Positions 14,402 through 26,529 of a stretch of 64,000 nt of DNA are shown here, piece by piece. Source of the stretch: Hamiltosporidium tvaerminnensis FI-OER-3-3 (taxonomy: Eukaryota > Fungi > Microsporidia); contig CM061253.1 in NCBI GenBank assembly GCA_022605425.2, forward strand, positions 186,001 through 250,000, in the 5' to 3' direction. The translations under genes were made by a program, and so were the position numbers. Under the pieces are notes generated by a model, which was not told where the DNA came from, searched no databases, and saw nothing but the letters and a program-made list of their open reading frames with translations. Position 1 is the first letter of the stretch; each line of letters opens with the position of its first letter.

Positions 14402-15019
14402 TCAGTATAACTTAAGACTCCCTGTTATTAAAGCTGCTTCTCTCTTCTCCAATGGTCCTACAACTAACACAGTATTACTACCACTAGCAACCTGTGTCCT
14501 ACCAGCATCATATACACGATAATACTTAACACCTCTACTCTTACATCTCTCAATAACAGTATTAAAATCATTTTTATCTCCTTTTAATACTATCTTAGCT
14601 TCTCCTTTACTTTCCCATATTTCTAATGAGTTATTGTTACGTAATAGTAATGATATACCATGCATTACTTGTGATAATATTTTACCCTTCGACATACCTA
14701 AATCACTACGAACTAATATTTGAACAACAAGTTCATCTGAGGTATTATTATTGGTATTATTTGTATTATTGGTATTATTAGTATCTTTATTATTGGTATT
14801 ATTATTATTAGTATTATCTTTATTAGTATCTTTATTTGTATCTCTATTAGTACCTTTATTAGTATCTTTATTAGTATTATATTTCTTACTACTACTATCC
14901 CTTCTACTACTACTATCCCTCCTACTACTACTACTACTACTACCACTAAATATTCTATTTCTTAGTAAAATATAGAAAAGTAAAATTAAAGTAATTGTAA
15001 GCCATAAAATATCAGACAT
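14402..15019 (-). CDS. PTH2: Peptidyl-tRNA hydrolase 2 (PTH2/Bit1 family) with N-terminal membrane anchor and Ser/Asn/Thr low-complexity linker
   Basis: Motifs VRSDLGMSKGKI..Q..H, W...GEAKIVLK and DAGRTQVASGSNTVLVVGP...ITGSLKLY are diagnostic of PTH2. Confidence 0.95.
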   Translation of the reverse strand: MSDILWLTITLILLFYILLRNRIFSGSSSSSSRRDSSSRRDSSSKKYNTNKDTNKGTNRDTNKDTNKDNTNNNNTNNKDTNNTNNTNNTNNNTSDELVVQILVRSDLGMSKGKILSQVMHGISLLLRNNNSLEIWESKGEAKIVLKGDKNDFNTVIERCKSRGVKYYRVYDAGRTQVASGSNTVLVVGPLEKREAALITGSLKLY

Positions 15020-15049
15020 AAGGAAATTAAGGGTATAGAAATAAAGAAG

Positions 15050-16150
15050 AGTAATAGATAGAAGGGTGTTAGATAGAGAGTAATAAATAAGAGGGTTTTA
15101 ATAATAAGGATATGTTAGAGGGTGTTAGATAAAGAGTAATAAATAAGAGGGTTTTAATATAAGTAGTACTAAATAAGAGGTTTTTAGATAGAGAGTAATA
15201 ATAAATATATTTATAGGGGTGTTAATAATAGAGAGTAATAAATAAGAGGGTGTTAATAACAAGTTGTAAATAAGAGGGTGTTAATAATGAGAGTAATAAT
15301 AATTAATTTATAGGGGTGTTAATAATATAGAGTAATAATAATTAATTTATAGGGTGTTAATAAGTAGTAGTAAATAAGAGGGTGTTAATAATTAGAGTAA
15401 TAATAATTAATTTATAGGGGTGTTAATAATAAAGAGTAATAAATAAGAGGGTTTTAGATAGAGAGTAATAATAAATATAATTATAGGGGTGTTAATAATA
15501 GAGAGTAATAAATAAGAGGGTGTTAATAATAGGAGTAATAAATAAGAGGGTGTTAATAAGTAGTAGTAAATAAGAGGGTTTTAATATTAGATAGTAGTAA
15601 ATAAGAGGGTTTTAAGATTAGAGAGTAATAAATAAGAGGGTTTTAATATAAGTAGTAGTAAATAAGAGGGTTTTAATATAAGTAGTAGTAAATAAGAGGT
15701 TTTTAGATAGAGACTAATAAATAAGAGGGTTTTAATAATAGAGAGTAATAATAAATATATTTATAGGGGTTTTAATAATAGAGAGTAGCAAATAAGAGGG
15801 TGTTAATAATAGAGAGTAATAATAAATATATTTATAGGGGTGTTAGATAGAGACTAATAAATAAGAGGGTGTTAATATTAGTAGTAGTAAATAAGAGGGT
15901 GTTAAATATAACTAGTTGTAAATAAGAGGGTGTTAATATAAGTAGTAGCAAATAAGAGGGTGTTAGTATAAATAGTAGTAAATAATAGGGTGTTAGTATT
16001 AGTAGTAATAAATAAGAGGGTGTTATTATAAGTAGTAGTAAATAAGAGGGTATTAATATAAGTAGTAGCAAATAAGAGGGTGTTAAATATAAGTAGTAGT
16101 AAAAAAGAAGGTGTTAATATAAGTAGTAGTAAATAAGAGGGTTTTAATAA
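15050..16150. repeat. Degenerate ~28-35-bp tandem array built on AATAAGAGGGTGTTAA
   Basis: More than 30 copies of the aaataagagggtgttaa / ttataggggtgttaa core directly upstream of PTH2. Confidence 0.95.
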
Positions 16151-16694
16151 GTATACTATCTAAACCAGTATTATCAATGCTTATAAGTAAGATAGTATTA
16201 ACAATATACTATATAAGATAGTGTTAACAATATACTTATAAGATAGTCTTTAAAATATAAACTTTATAAATATTTTTATTTAAAACATTAAATATCTCTT
16301 TAAATCTCTTTAAATATAATAGTAATAGATATTAACACCTATAAATGACTAATGTATTAGTAAAGGGTATGTAAGGTATTAAACTAAAAGATAAGAGGGT
16401 GTTAGTTATTAGTTAGTTGTTTAAGGGGGTGTTAGTTATATGAGTGTATATTAAGGGTGTGTTAGTTATATGTAGTGTATATTAATAGGGTGTTATTTAC
16501 TAGTATTGTTTCTAAAAGGGTGTTAGTATAGAGTACTAATAACTAACACCCTTATAAACATTAGTATAATTACTAACACCCTTTATATATCAGTACTCTA
16601 TAACTAACACCCCCTTACTCAACCCTAACCCTCTTTGGTCTCCCTGGTTTCCTATTAAAATATACTTTAATCACATATACTCTTTAACACCCCC

Positions 16695-19600
16695 CTACTC
16701 AACCCTAACCCTCTTTGGTCTCCCTGGTTTCCTATTAAAATATACTTTATCACAAGGTACCTTAACAACCTCATTAACAACTGGTATAATATCATACCCA
16801 ACCATTCTATTAAACTCTTCACTATAAAAACAACTAATATGTCTTAATACATTATCACCTATACTTCTTATAAAATATATTGCATGATAACAAGGTATTA
16901 ATAGTAATTGATATTTACCACAACTACAAGTACATTCCTTTAGATTAACAATATAAATATTACCATTATCATATACTTTACCCTTAAAATCTGTATTATT
17001 AATAATATTAGGTATAATGATATTCTCTTTGATATTATAAGGGTTATTTATAGATGTGTTGTTGTTATTGATATTCTCTTTATCATTATAAGGGTTATTC
17101 ATAGTTCTCTTTGTTATTATAAGGAATAGATAGATTATTTAAAGGGTCTTGTTCACATACTATATTACTCTTATTACTAACACCCTGTTGTTTATTAGTA
17201 TTATTATTAGGAAGGTGTTGTTTATCAGATAGATTACTAACACCCTGTTGTTTACTAGTACTGTAGTTAACACCCTCTTCTTTACTAGTACTATCATTAT
17301 CACCCTGTTGTTTATTAGTACTATCATTAACACCCTGTTGTTTACTAGTACTATAGTTAACACCCTCTATGGTGTTACTCTCTATACCAACACCCTCTAA
17401 TAGATCTATACTGTCATTAACACCCTTATATCCATACTCCTTATCATTAACACCCATCATAATATCCCTATCATTAACACCCCCCATCATAATATCCCTA
17501 TCATTAACACCCATCATAATATCCCTATCATTAACACCCCCATCATAATATCCCTATCATTAACACCCATCATAATATCACTATCATTAACACCCATCAT
17601 AATATCACTATCATTAACACCCCCACTACCCATATTAACACCCCCACTACCCATATTAATATCACTACTACACATCTTACTTCTTTCTATACCCTTTATT
17701 ATCCTATTACTAACTACTTCACATTTAACACCTCTTACTTTCATATACTCACTACACATCTTAATAATACAATTAACACATTCATAAAAACTTAAATTAT
17801 AAACACTATAATATATATATTCTATATCTAATTCACATAAATTATTTAAACCAAATAAAGGATATGGAAATAACATACACATATATTTACTACTGTTATA
17901 AGACATATAAGACATAAGACTATCAATACGAGAGTAATCAGTGTTAAGGGTGTTATTGAGGGTACTGTTATTAAAGGGGGTGGTATAGTTAGTGTTAAGG
18001 GTGTTAATAAGAGTACTGTTGTTAAAGGGGGTGGTATAGTTAGTGTTAAATGTACTGTTAAGACTACTGTTAAGACTACTGTTAAATGTACTGTTAAGAC
18101 TACTGTTAAATTTACTGTTAAGATTACTGTTAAATGTACTGTTAAGACTACTGTTATTAAGACTACTGTTAAAGGTGTTATCACTATATAAATTACTATA
18201 ACTACTGCTTATGTTGGGTCTGTTACATATCTCCCATATCTTAAGTATAACACTCTTATCTTTATAATAATTATAACCTTCTTTACATATATCACGTGTT
18301 TTAATAAAATAAGGAAAATTAATACTTTCTAGTATTTGTATTATAGTGTTATCTAGTTCTACTATAAAGAAGAGGGGTGTATTATTCTTAGTGGTGGTAT
18401 GGGTGTTATTGGTAGTGGGGGTGGTATTGGTAGTGTTAGTAGTAGTGGGGGTGTTGTTAACAGGGTCTTGTTTATAAGGACTATTGTTAACACCCTGTTG
18501 TTCACTAGATAGTTTGTTAACACCCTGTTGTTTATCAGGACTGTTGCTAACACCCTTTTAATTATCACTACTGTTGTTAACACCCTCTACATCACTACCC
18601 TTATTATTAACACCCTTATAATCATTACTATCCCCCTTATACCCCTTTGTATATTTAACATATTCTTTAAGATTATCACTTAACAATCCCTCACTAACCA
18701 TAAAACTATAAACAATAGGTTTATCATTAGTATCATATAATACACTATAAATAACATGTCCTATTACTATATTATTATATGTACGTTCATATACTTTTAA
18801 TTCTATAACTGGTCTTGTATATAGAAGTGTGTGTGGTATTGATATGTATATATTAGTATTTGAAGTATAACATATTATGTTAGTGTTAAGTGATAATAGT
18901 TCTGATTTAAAAGACAGTAGAGATTGTTTTAGAAAGGGTGTTAAATGTAAAGAAGAGGGGGTGTTATATGTAGAGGGGTAAAGGGTATTAGTTATAGGGT
19001 TAATAGATGTGTTATTTGATAATAAAGGGTGTTGTTTATTAGTAGTACTGTTAATAGATGTGTTATTTGATAATAAAGGGTGTTGTTTATTAGTAGTACT
19101 GTTACTAATAGTAGTATTGTTAACAGGGTGTTGTTTATTAGATAGTTTGTTAACAGGGTCTTGTTCACTAGATAGTTTGTTAACACCCTGTTGTTCACTA
19201 GATAGTTTGTTAACACCCTGTTGTTTATTAGTACTGTTACTAACACCCTCTAATTTACTATCCTTATTACTAACACCCCTATAATCATTACCACTATTAT
19301 TAACACCCCCATACCCTCTAACATATCTCCCTCCATACCCTCTAACATATCCTTATCATTACAATACTTCTCATAATTAAGTGCTTTCCATACTGTATGA
19401 TATCCTACTTTAATATTTCTTTTATTTAAAACAACAACAATATCACCAATACGTTGTTCTTTACGAGGATCAGATAAATGTAATATTTCTTGTTTAAGAT
19501 ATTGAAGTGTAGATGTACTGTTAGTATGTATATCTAACGGACATTTGTGTATAGTTTTTATACGTTTAACAACGTATAAATTATCTTTTTTACGGTATGA

Positions 19601-19774
19601 GATTGATATGTGGGCATCGCAATTGAAATCGTCTTTACCTTTACAGTGTAGTGTGTGGTGTTTGGGTGTTGATGTTTGTGATGTGTAGAGGTATGGTGTT
19701 TGTGATGTGTATTCTTTTATTGCGGTTAGTGCTTCTTGTTTTGATGTGAATGTGTCATTGGTGTTTAGAGTCAT
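16695..19774 (-). CDS. Mutator/MULE transposase-derived protein (MuDR-like N-terminal domain, degenerate core, SWIM zinc finger, C-terminal AT-hook), split by repeat expansions and frameshifts
   Basis: N-terminus F.SKQEALTAIKEY...HCKGKDDFNCDAHI...HKC (19250..19774). Core fragments RPVIELKVY...LYDTNDKPIVYSF (~18650-18990) and PLFFIVELD...KTRDICK (~18200-18380). SWIM CTCSCGKYQLLLIPCYHAI and RKPGRPKR in 16695..17102. Frame changes fall in the GGGTGTTAA-type repeat tracts. Confidence 0.75.
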
Positions 19775-19849
19775 TATAAAGGGGTAATAGAAAGGGGGAT
19801 ATAAGAGGTGGGGGAGATGGGTGTTAGTTATAGGTGTAGGGGGGTATAA

Positions 19850-20345
19850 GGAGGTAAAGGGTGTTAGTTATAAGGATTGTAAATTATAAGGGTGTTAATA
19901 ACAGTACTAGTAATTATCACCCCTTTAGTAATCTATATATACTAAATAACACCCTTTAGTAACAGTAGAGTTGTATAAGAGGGTGTTAACAACACTAGTA
20001 GTAATTATCACCCCTTTAGTAATCTATATAATAAATAACACCCTTTAGTAACAGTAGAGTTGTAAAAGAGGGTGTTAATAACAGTACTAGTAATTATCAC
20101 CCCTTTAGTAATCTATATACTAAATAACATCCTTTAGTAACAGTAGAGTTGTATGAGAGGGTGTTAACAAAGGTAATAGTAATTAACACCCCTTTAGTAA
20201 TCTATATACTAAATAACACCCCTTTAGGAAGAGTAGAGTTGTATGAGAGGGTGTTAACAACACTAGTAGTAATTATCACCCCTTTAGTAATCTATATACT
20301 AAATAACACCCCTTTAAACATCTAACTATTAAATAACACCTCTTC
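19850..20345. repeat. ~90-bp tandem repeat carrying GGGTGTTAA and its complement (TTATCACCC/TAACACCC) in each unit
   Basis: About five copies of aacagtagagttgta...gagggtgttaa...aattatcacccctttagtaatctatatactaaataacaccc. Confidence 0.9.
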
Positions 20346-20548
20346 AATACTACAAATAAAATACTTTATTACTTAAAAAACATTTAAAGAATACTAAATT
20401 CCTACTTACTTACTTAAAGAATACTTAATTACTTAAAAAACATATAAAAAATGTATAAAAAACATATAAAAAACGTATAAAAAACATATAAAAAACATAT
20501 AGAAAACATATAAAAAACATATAAAAATTACATTTTATTTATTAAAGG

Positions 20549-20755
20549 TTATGTACGTTCATATTTATTAACACACTTCTTATTATGTTTGATATGATAA
20601 ATACAACAGACATTACTTTTCTTATTATTAGAATGTTCATTGTTATATGTTTCTGGTGTAAAAGTAACACGTCTTGGTGTTATAAGACGTAGTGTTATTA
20701 TACGGGTGTTTGATGGTGTTATTGTTTGTGTTCTTGTGTTATTTGGTTGGTTCAT
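20549..20755 (-). CDS. YPI1: Minimal protein phosphatase 1 inhibitor-3 (Ypi1/PPP1R11 family)
   Basis: RRVTF (RVxF PP1-docking motif) followed by NEHSNNKKSNVCCIYH matches the family signature KVxWxxDTVDNEH..KKSKCCCIY. A CCCC run lies ~30 nt upstream of the ATG. Confidence 0.85.
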   Translation of the reverse strand: MNQPNNTRTQTITPSNTRIITLRLITPRRVTFTPETYNNEHSNNKKSNVCCIYHIKHNKKCVNKYERT

Positions 20756-21148
20756 TTATATTTTTTTGTTGTTGGTTAAAAAAGGGGATTAGGAATATAA
20801 AGAATGGTTTAAAGGGGTAGTAAAGGGGATTTGTCTATAAGAGAGTAAGATAGGTGATAGATAAGAAAGTTAAGGATTAATAAATAAATGATATAATAGA
20901 GTGTATTAAGAGTGTATTAAGAGGTTATTAAGAGGGTATTAATATTAAGAGTGTGTTAATATTCAGAGTTTATTATTTTTAATATTAAGCTGTATTATTA
21001 TTTTTAATGTATGATTGTAATTTTAAGATTCTGATTGTAATTTAAAGAATGTTTTAAATGTAAGAATATGTCTTAATACTACTTCTATTATTAATATTAT
21101 ATAAATTATTATATATATTATATTTATTGGCTGTTTCTGATATATTAG

Positions 21149-22100
21149 ATAAATTAAATATAATATAGCAGTTTGACATATTGATTTGATAAATTAAAAA
21201 TTGATTATATTTACTTTATAACTAAATTAAATATAATATAGCAGTTTGACATATTGATTTGATAAATTAAAAATTGATTATATTTACTTTATAACTAAAT
21301 TAAATATAATATAGCAGTTTGACATATTGATTTGATAAATTAAAAATATATTATATTTACTTTATAACTAAATTAAATATAATATAGCAGTTTGACATAT
21401 TGATTTGATAAATTAAAATTGATTATATTTACTTTATAACTAAATTAATATAATATGCAGTTTGACATATTGATTTGATAATTAAAATTGATTATATTTA
21501 CTTTATAACTAAATTAATATATTGCAGTTTGACATATTGATTTGATAAATTAAAATTGATTGTATTTACTTTATAACTAAATTAAATATAATATAGCAGT
21601 TTGACATATTGATTTGATAAATTAAAAATTGATTATATTTACTTTATAACTAAATTAAATATAATATAGCAGTTTGACATATTGATTTGATAAATTAAAA
21701 ATTGATTGTATTTACTTTATAACTAAATTAAATATAATATAGCAGTTTGACATATTGATTTGATAAATTAAAAATTGATTGTATTTACTTTATAACTAAA
21801 TTAAATATAATATAGCAGTTTGACATATTGATTTGATAAATTAAAAATTGATTATATTTACTTTATAACTAAATTAAATATAATATAGCAGTTTGACATA
21901 TTGATTTGATAAATTAAAAATTGATTGTATTTACTTTATAACTAAATTAAATATAATATAGCAGTTTGACATATTGATTTGATAAATTAAAAATTTATTA
22001 TATTTACTTTATAACTAAATTAAATATAATATAGCAGTTTGACATATTGATTTGATAAATTAAAAATTTATTATATTTACTTTATAACTAAATTAAATAT
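21149..22100. repeat. 73-bp satellite, ~13 near-identical copies
   Basis: Unit taaattaaatataatatagcagtttgacatattgatttgataaattaaaaattgattatatttactttataac; gcagtttgac recurs at 21168, 21241, 21314 ... 22034. Confidence 0.97.
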
Positions 22101-22279
22101 AAAATTAAAATATATTTTTTGTGAGAAGGGTTGTTATAATAGAGGAGGTTTTTTTTTTTATTTAGAATTTAAATTTTTGTTTTATGGAAATATATTCTTG
22201 TGATAAATATTTATTTAGAACTTCAAAGTATAAAAAATATTAAAATAATTATCTTAGAAATGGTAGGTTTTAATAGTAA

Positions 22280-22410
22280 AGTGTATGTTTTAATTGGAAA
22301 GATGGCTTTTTAATCGCAAAGTGTATGTTTTAATCGTTAAGTGTATGTTTTAATCGTTAGGTGTATGTTTTAATCGTTAAGTGTATATTTTAATTGGAAA
22401 GATGGCTTTT
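22280..22410. repeat. 20-bp minisatellite (gtgtatgttttaatcgttaa)
   Basis: Four to five imperfect copies. Confidence 0.85.
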
Positions 22411-23104
22411 TTAAATAATATATATATGTACATTTAAAATAGTAAGGTCCATAGAAAATATTCTTAATTAACAATGAGTTAAGTAATATAAGATGATATT
22501 AAAGTAATACAGAGAATAATCTTACTTTATAGATCTACATGTCATATTGGTAGGGAGGAGATGAAATATAAAATTATTAAAAAAATAGCTGATCTGATAG
22601 TAGAAAAGGAATAAATTTTAAGTAATAGTTGTTGAAATAGCTAGTTCTTAAAATAAATAATACAATACAGTCGGATAAGTATAAATTTTACAGTTAAATG
22701 TTTAGAATGTATTTCTTTTTATATTCAGAAGTACTCAACATATAATAATTACTTTTTTAAATGGAGTTTACAATTGGTATATTAAGCTTTTATTTTGTGT
22801 AGACAGTATTGAAAATTAGGAGAAAAACTTTATTGTATCTTTTGTCTAAAAATGCTTATTTTTTTTATAAATATGCCTTTTTTTATACTACAACTAGAAA
22901 AAAGAATAAATTTGAAAACAAAATAGTAAAACAAACTTGTATTTACAGAAAGAGAAATTTCCTTTAAACATCAAGAACAAATTGACTGATGAAAATATAA
23001 ATAATTATTAGTATTTTTACAAATTGAAGTAAATTTAAACAAAAAGAAGAATTAAATTTTTAAGTAAATCTTATCCAAATATCAAAAATACATAATAAAA
23101 ATCT

Positions 23105-23245
23105 AAAAAGACACATCTTAAAGCTTTTAGTAATCTGATACATATAAAATTAAGAATATGTGATTTTAAAAAGCAAAAAAGACACATCTTAAAGCTTTTA
23201 GTAATCTGATACATATAAATATTAAGAATATGTGATTTTAAAAAG
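23105..23245. repeat. ~71-bp direct duplication
   Basis: aaaaagacacatcttaaagcttttagtaatctgatacatataaa...aagaatatgtgattttaaaaag appears twice. Confidence 0.9.
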
Positions 23246-24079
23246 AAAAAACCTTATTTATTTATAAAGATATACATTTTGATATTGAGGTGTCATAAAT
23301 TTAGAATAAGAGTGAGAAGTATCTGTAAAAACGAATTTTCTATCAAATCTGTTTATATATGAAAACACGTTATTCTTTAATCTTAAAAAATATAGATTTT
23401 ACAACTTTTTAATTGAGATTGTTTCATATAACGTATAACTAGTAGATAGTAATATGTATAGCAATAATAAGACAAGAAAAAAATAATTATATATTCTTTT
23501 TTAAAAAAATGGCGGTATAAACTTGATACTCATGTAAAGATATAAGTATTGGAATAGAAAATTACAATAACAGAAAATTATTTGATTATAGATTAGAACT
23601 ATCATCTTGAATATATTTTGTCTAGGAATATAGTATTAGTAATAAAACATTGGTTTGTATATTTAATCTATTTTTATCTTTTAAAGAGGTGTTTTTTAAA
23701 ATCTGTTTACATTTCAGCCACGTAAAAAATCATATTTTTGTTAAAATTGTATTATCTAGAATTTGAAAAAGAAGAAATTATAAAAAGTTTAAGAAGTGAA
23801 AAATAGTTGTTAATATGATTGTCTTATACAAATCTGAATCTGTAATTAAATAATATGTGGTTGTTGTGTGGTTTTAAGAATGTTTAAAATTTAGAAATTG
23901 GCTTTAAATATAATTTTAATTTATATTCTTGTTATCTAATACTATTACAACCAATTAGATTGAATAAAAAAATATCAAATCAAGAATAAAATGTATAATC
24001 TAATCATGTTTGATTAAATATCTAATAATAGAATCTTATTTGATCAAATATCTAAAAATATAAGCTTATTTGATAAATA

Positions 24080-24432
24080 ATCTAATATATCTAATATATC
24101 TAATATATCTAATATATCTAATATATCTAATATATCTATTTATTAAACACAAATTTCAATATACAACTCTATTTCTCATACTAACCTATCAATAATCAGA
24201 TCTAATATATCTATTTATTAAACACTAATTTCAATATACAACTCTATTTCTAATACTAACCTATCAATAATCAGATCTAATATATCTATTTATTAAACAC
24301 TAATTTCAATATACAACTCTATTTCTAATACTAACCTATCAATAATCAGATCTAATATATCTATTTATTAAACACTAATTTCAATATACAACTCTATTTC
24401 TAATACTAACCTATCAATAATCAGATCTAATA
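24080..24432. repeat. 9-bp (tctaatata) repeat followed by a ~76-bp repeat x4, upstream of the first zinc-ribbon gene
   Basis: tctatttattaaacactaatttcaatatacaactctatttctaatactaacctatcaataatcagatctaatata repeated four times. Confidence 0.92.
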
Positions 24433-24509
24433 ATAATCTATTACTTTTATCAAAATATGAAACTGTTTCATATTTTTTAATTATAAATGATACTTCACCA
24501 ATAAAATAT

Positions 24510-24860
24510 ATGTGTGGTGTTATTTTATGTGGAATAACAAAAAAGTCTAAAATACTGAGTATACCGCCTACAAACTTTCCTTCTGCACCTTCCAACGTAA
24601 TATGTCCGTTCTGTACATTTAGAGGTAACTTAGTTTATAGAAGAAATGATGTTTGGTATACTTTTTTCTTTATACCGATATATCCTGTATACTTTGGTGA
24701 TCCGTATGTATCTTGTGTCTCTTGTCAGACACAACTAGGCGGAGCAGGTGCTAGTTTTTGTAAAAAGTGTAGATCTGCCACACCACTTGGGTTTAATTAT
24801 TGTGTTATGTGTGGTGATTCTTTAGAAAAGCAAAGAACAGCTCTTGTAGAAGGAGATTAA
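24510..24860 (+). CDS. Small Cys-rich zinc-ribbon protein (zinc_ribbon_15-like plus a second CxxC...CxxC ribbon)
   Basis: CPFC...WYTFFFIPIYP...CVSC and CKKC...YCVMCG. The CxxC-x(n)-FTFFFIP-x(n)-CxxC pattern is typical of this family. Confidence 0.85.
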   Translation: MCGVILCGITKKSKILSIPPTNFPSAPSNVICPFCTFRGNLVYRRNDVWYTFFFIPIYPVYFGDPYVSCVSCQTQLGGAGASFCKKCRSATPLGFNYCVMCGDSLEKQRTALVEGD

Positions 24861-25472
24861 ATAAAATAATTTTAAATATTTTATATGTTTTAGTGACTGT
24901 TTTTATTGATTAAATGATTCTTTTTATAGAAATAATTCATTTAATTCGAAAAATATTTTATTTTAAAGAATTTAGAAAGTAAATATTACTAAGATAATAT
25001 CCAATATAACTTCTATTATTAATACAGCTAAGATAATGAATATATCTAAGATAATGGATGTTTTTAAAATAATATATCTAAGATAATTAATACAGTCAAT
25101 ATATCTAAGATAATTAATATAATGGATGTTTTTAAATCAATAAAACATCTAATACAACCAATATAAATTCTATTATTAATACAGCTAAGATAATTAATAT
25201 AACTTCTATTATAAATATAGATAGATAATATAACTAAGATAACTAATATAATTAATACAACTAATACAACTAATATAATCAACCTAATTAATACAACTAA
25301 TATAATCGATCTAATTAATATTAAAAATACTAGTTAATAAAGAGAATAAATCGAATACTTCAAATATAACCAATACAATGATATATCAAACACAAACAAA
25401 TTAATTGTATCACCTCTATTTCTTATCTAAAACACAGTTTTACATATAAATATACTTTTTTTAATAACTGTA

Positions 25473-25826
25473 ATGTGTAGATGTTTGATAGTAGGTTGTA
25501 CAACATGTACAAACAGGATGGACAGTGCACCAGAGAATTATCCACAAGTACCTGGTCAAATACTTTGTATGTACTGTGGATGTAGAGGTAATGCAGTCTA
25601 CAGAAGAGATGATTTTTATTTTACTTTCTTTTTTATACCGCTGTGTCGGTTAAAAAAAGGCAATCCGTATTTGAGTTGTGATGTGTGTAGATCGAGGTTT
25701 AGTAATTTTGGTACTAATGTTTGTAAAAAGTGTCGTACTGCTGTACCAGGTACGTTTGATTATTGTCCTCATTGTGGTGCTAAAGAGGAAATGGATATAC
25801 AACCTATTAACAGTGAGTACAGGTAG
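25473..25826 (+). CDS. Tandem paralogue zinc-ribbon protein
   Basis: CMYC...YFTFFFIPLC...PYLSCDVC...CKKC...YCPHCG, collinear with 24510..24860. Confidence 0.88.
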   Translation: MCRCLIVGCTTCTNRMDSAPENYPQVPGQILCMYCGCRGNAVYRRDDFYFTFFFIPLCRLKKGNPYLSCDVCRSRFSNFGTNVCKKCRTAVPGTFDYCPHCGAKEEMDIQPINSEYR

Positions 25827-25854
25827 AAAAAAATGTGTGAGTAGTATATTGATG

Positions 25855-26180
25855 GAGTATAGAAGTATGGAATATGGGATATAAGATATGGTATATGGAG
25901 TATGAAGTATGGAATATAAGATATGGTATATGGAGTGTAGGATATGGGGTATGGAATATAAGATATGGTATATGGAGTATGGAGTATGGGGTATGGGGTA
26001 TGGAGTATTGGATATAGGATACAAGATATAAGATATAGGATATGGGATATAGGATATGGGGTATGGGGTATTGGGTATAGGATACAAGATATAAGATATA
26101 AGATATAGGATACAAGATATAGGATTTGGGTTAAGGAATACAAGTTCGAATATAAAATATAGTATATAAGATATAGTATG
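25855..26180. repeat. Purine-rich 7-bp-type degenerate microsatellite (GGATATA/GGAGTAT/GGGGTAT)
   Basis: Direct inspection; it generates spurious YPISYIL-type ORFs on the minus strand. Confidence 0.9.
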
Positions 26181-26529
26181 TAAATAATATGAATACAAAG
26201 ATAAGTTTATTATGAGTTTAATATAAGTTTATTGTAAGTTATAAAGATTTAAGATATAGGAAGTAAATAAATATTAATTAATTTAATTATAAATCTATAA
26301 GTTTAATATATTTTAAAAATAATAAAAATAATTAGAAATAAAAATATATAATTAAAATAAAAATAGAAATGAAATAGAAATATATAATTAAAGATAATAA
26401 AGAAATATAAAAATAAAGATAGTATAGAAAATATAAATACTTATTATTATAAAAATACAATATATTATACAAATACAAACTATTATAAAAATACAAACCA
26501 TTATAAAAATAAATTTAAATTACCCAATT

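Noticed and set aside
14713-19284. Hydrophobic ORFs 14713..14946, 14751..14975, 15832..16071, 17160..17363, 17846..18184, 18362..18583, 18992..19246 and 19009..19284 as separate genes
   Set aside because: Alternate-frame or antisense translations of tandem repeats inside or next to PTH2 and the MULE gene.
21149-22100. CRISPR-like array
   Set aside because: Units are contiguous and near-identical with no unique spacers; eukaryotic context and no cas genes.
25650-26198. YPISYIL-rich ORFs on the minus strand
   Set aside because: Products of the purine-rich microsatellite, open in all three frames.
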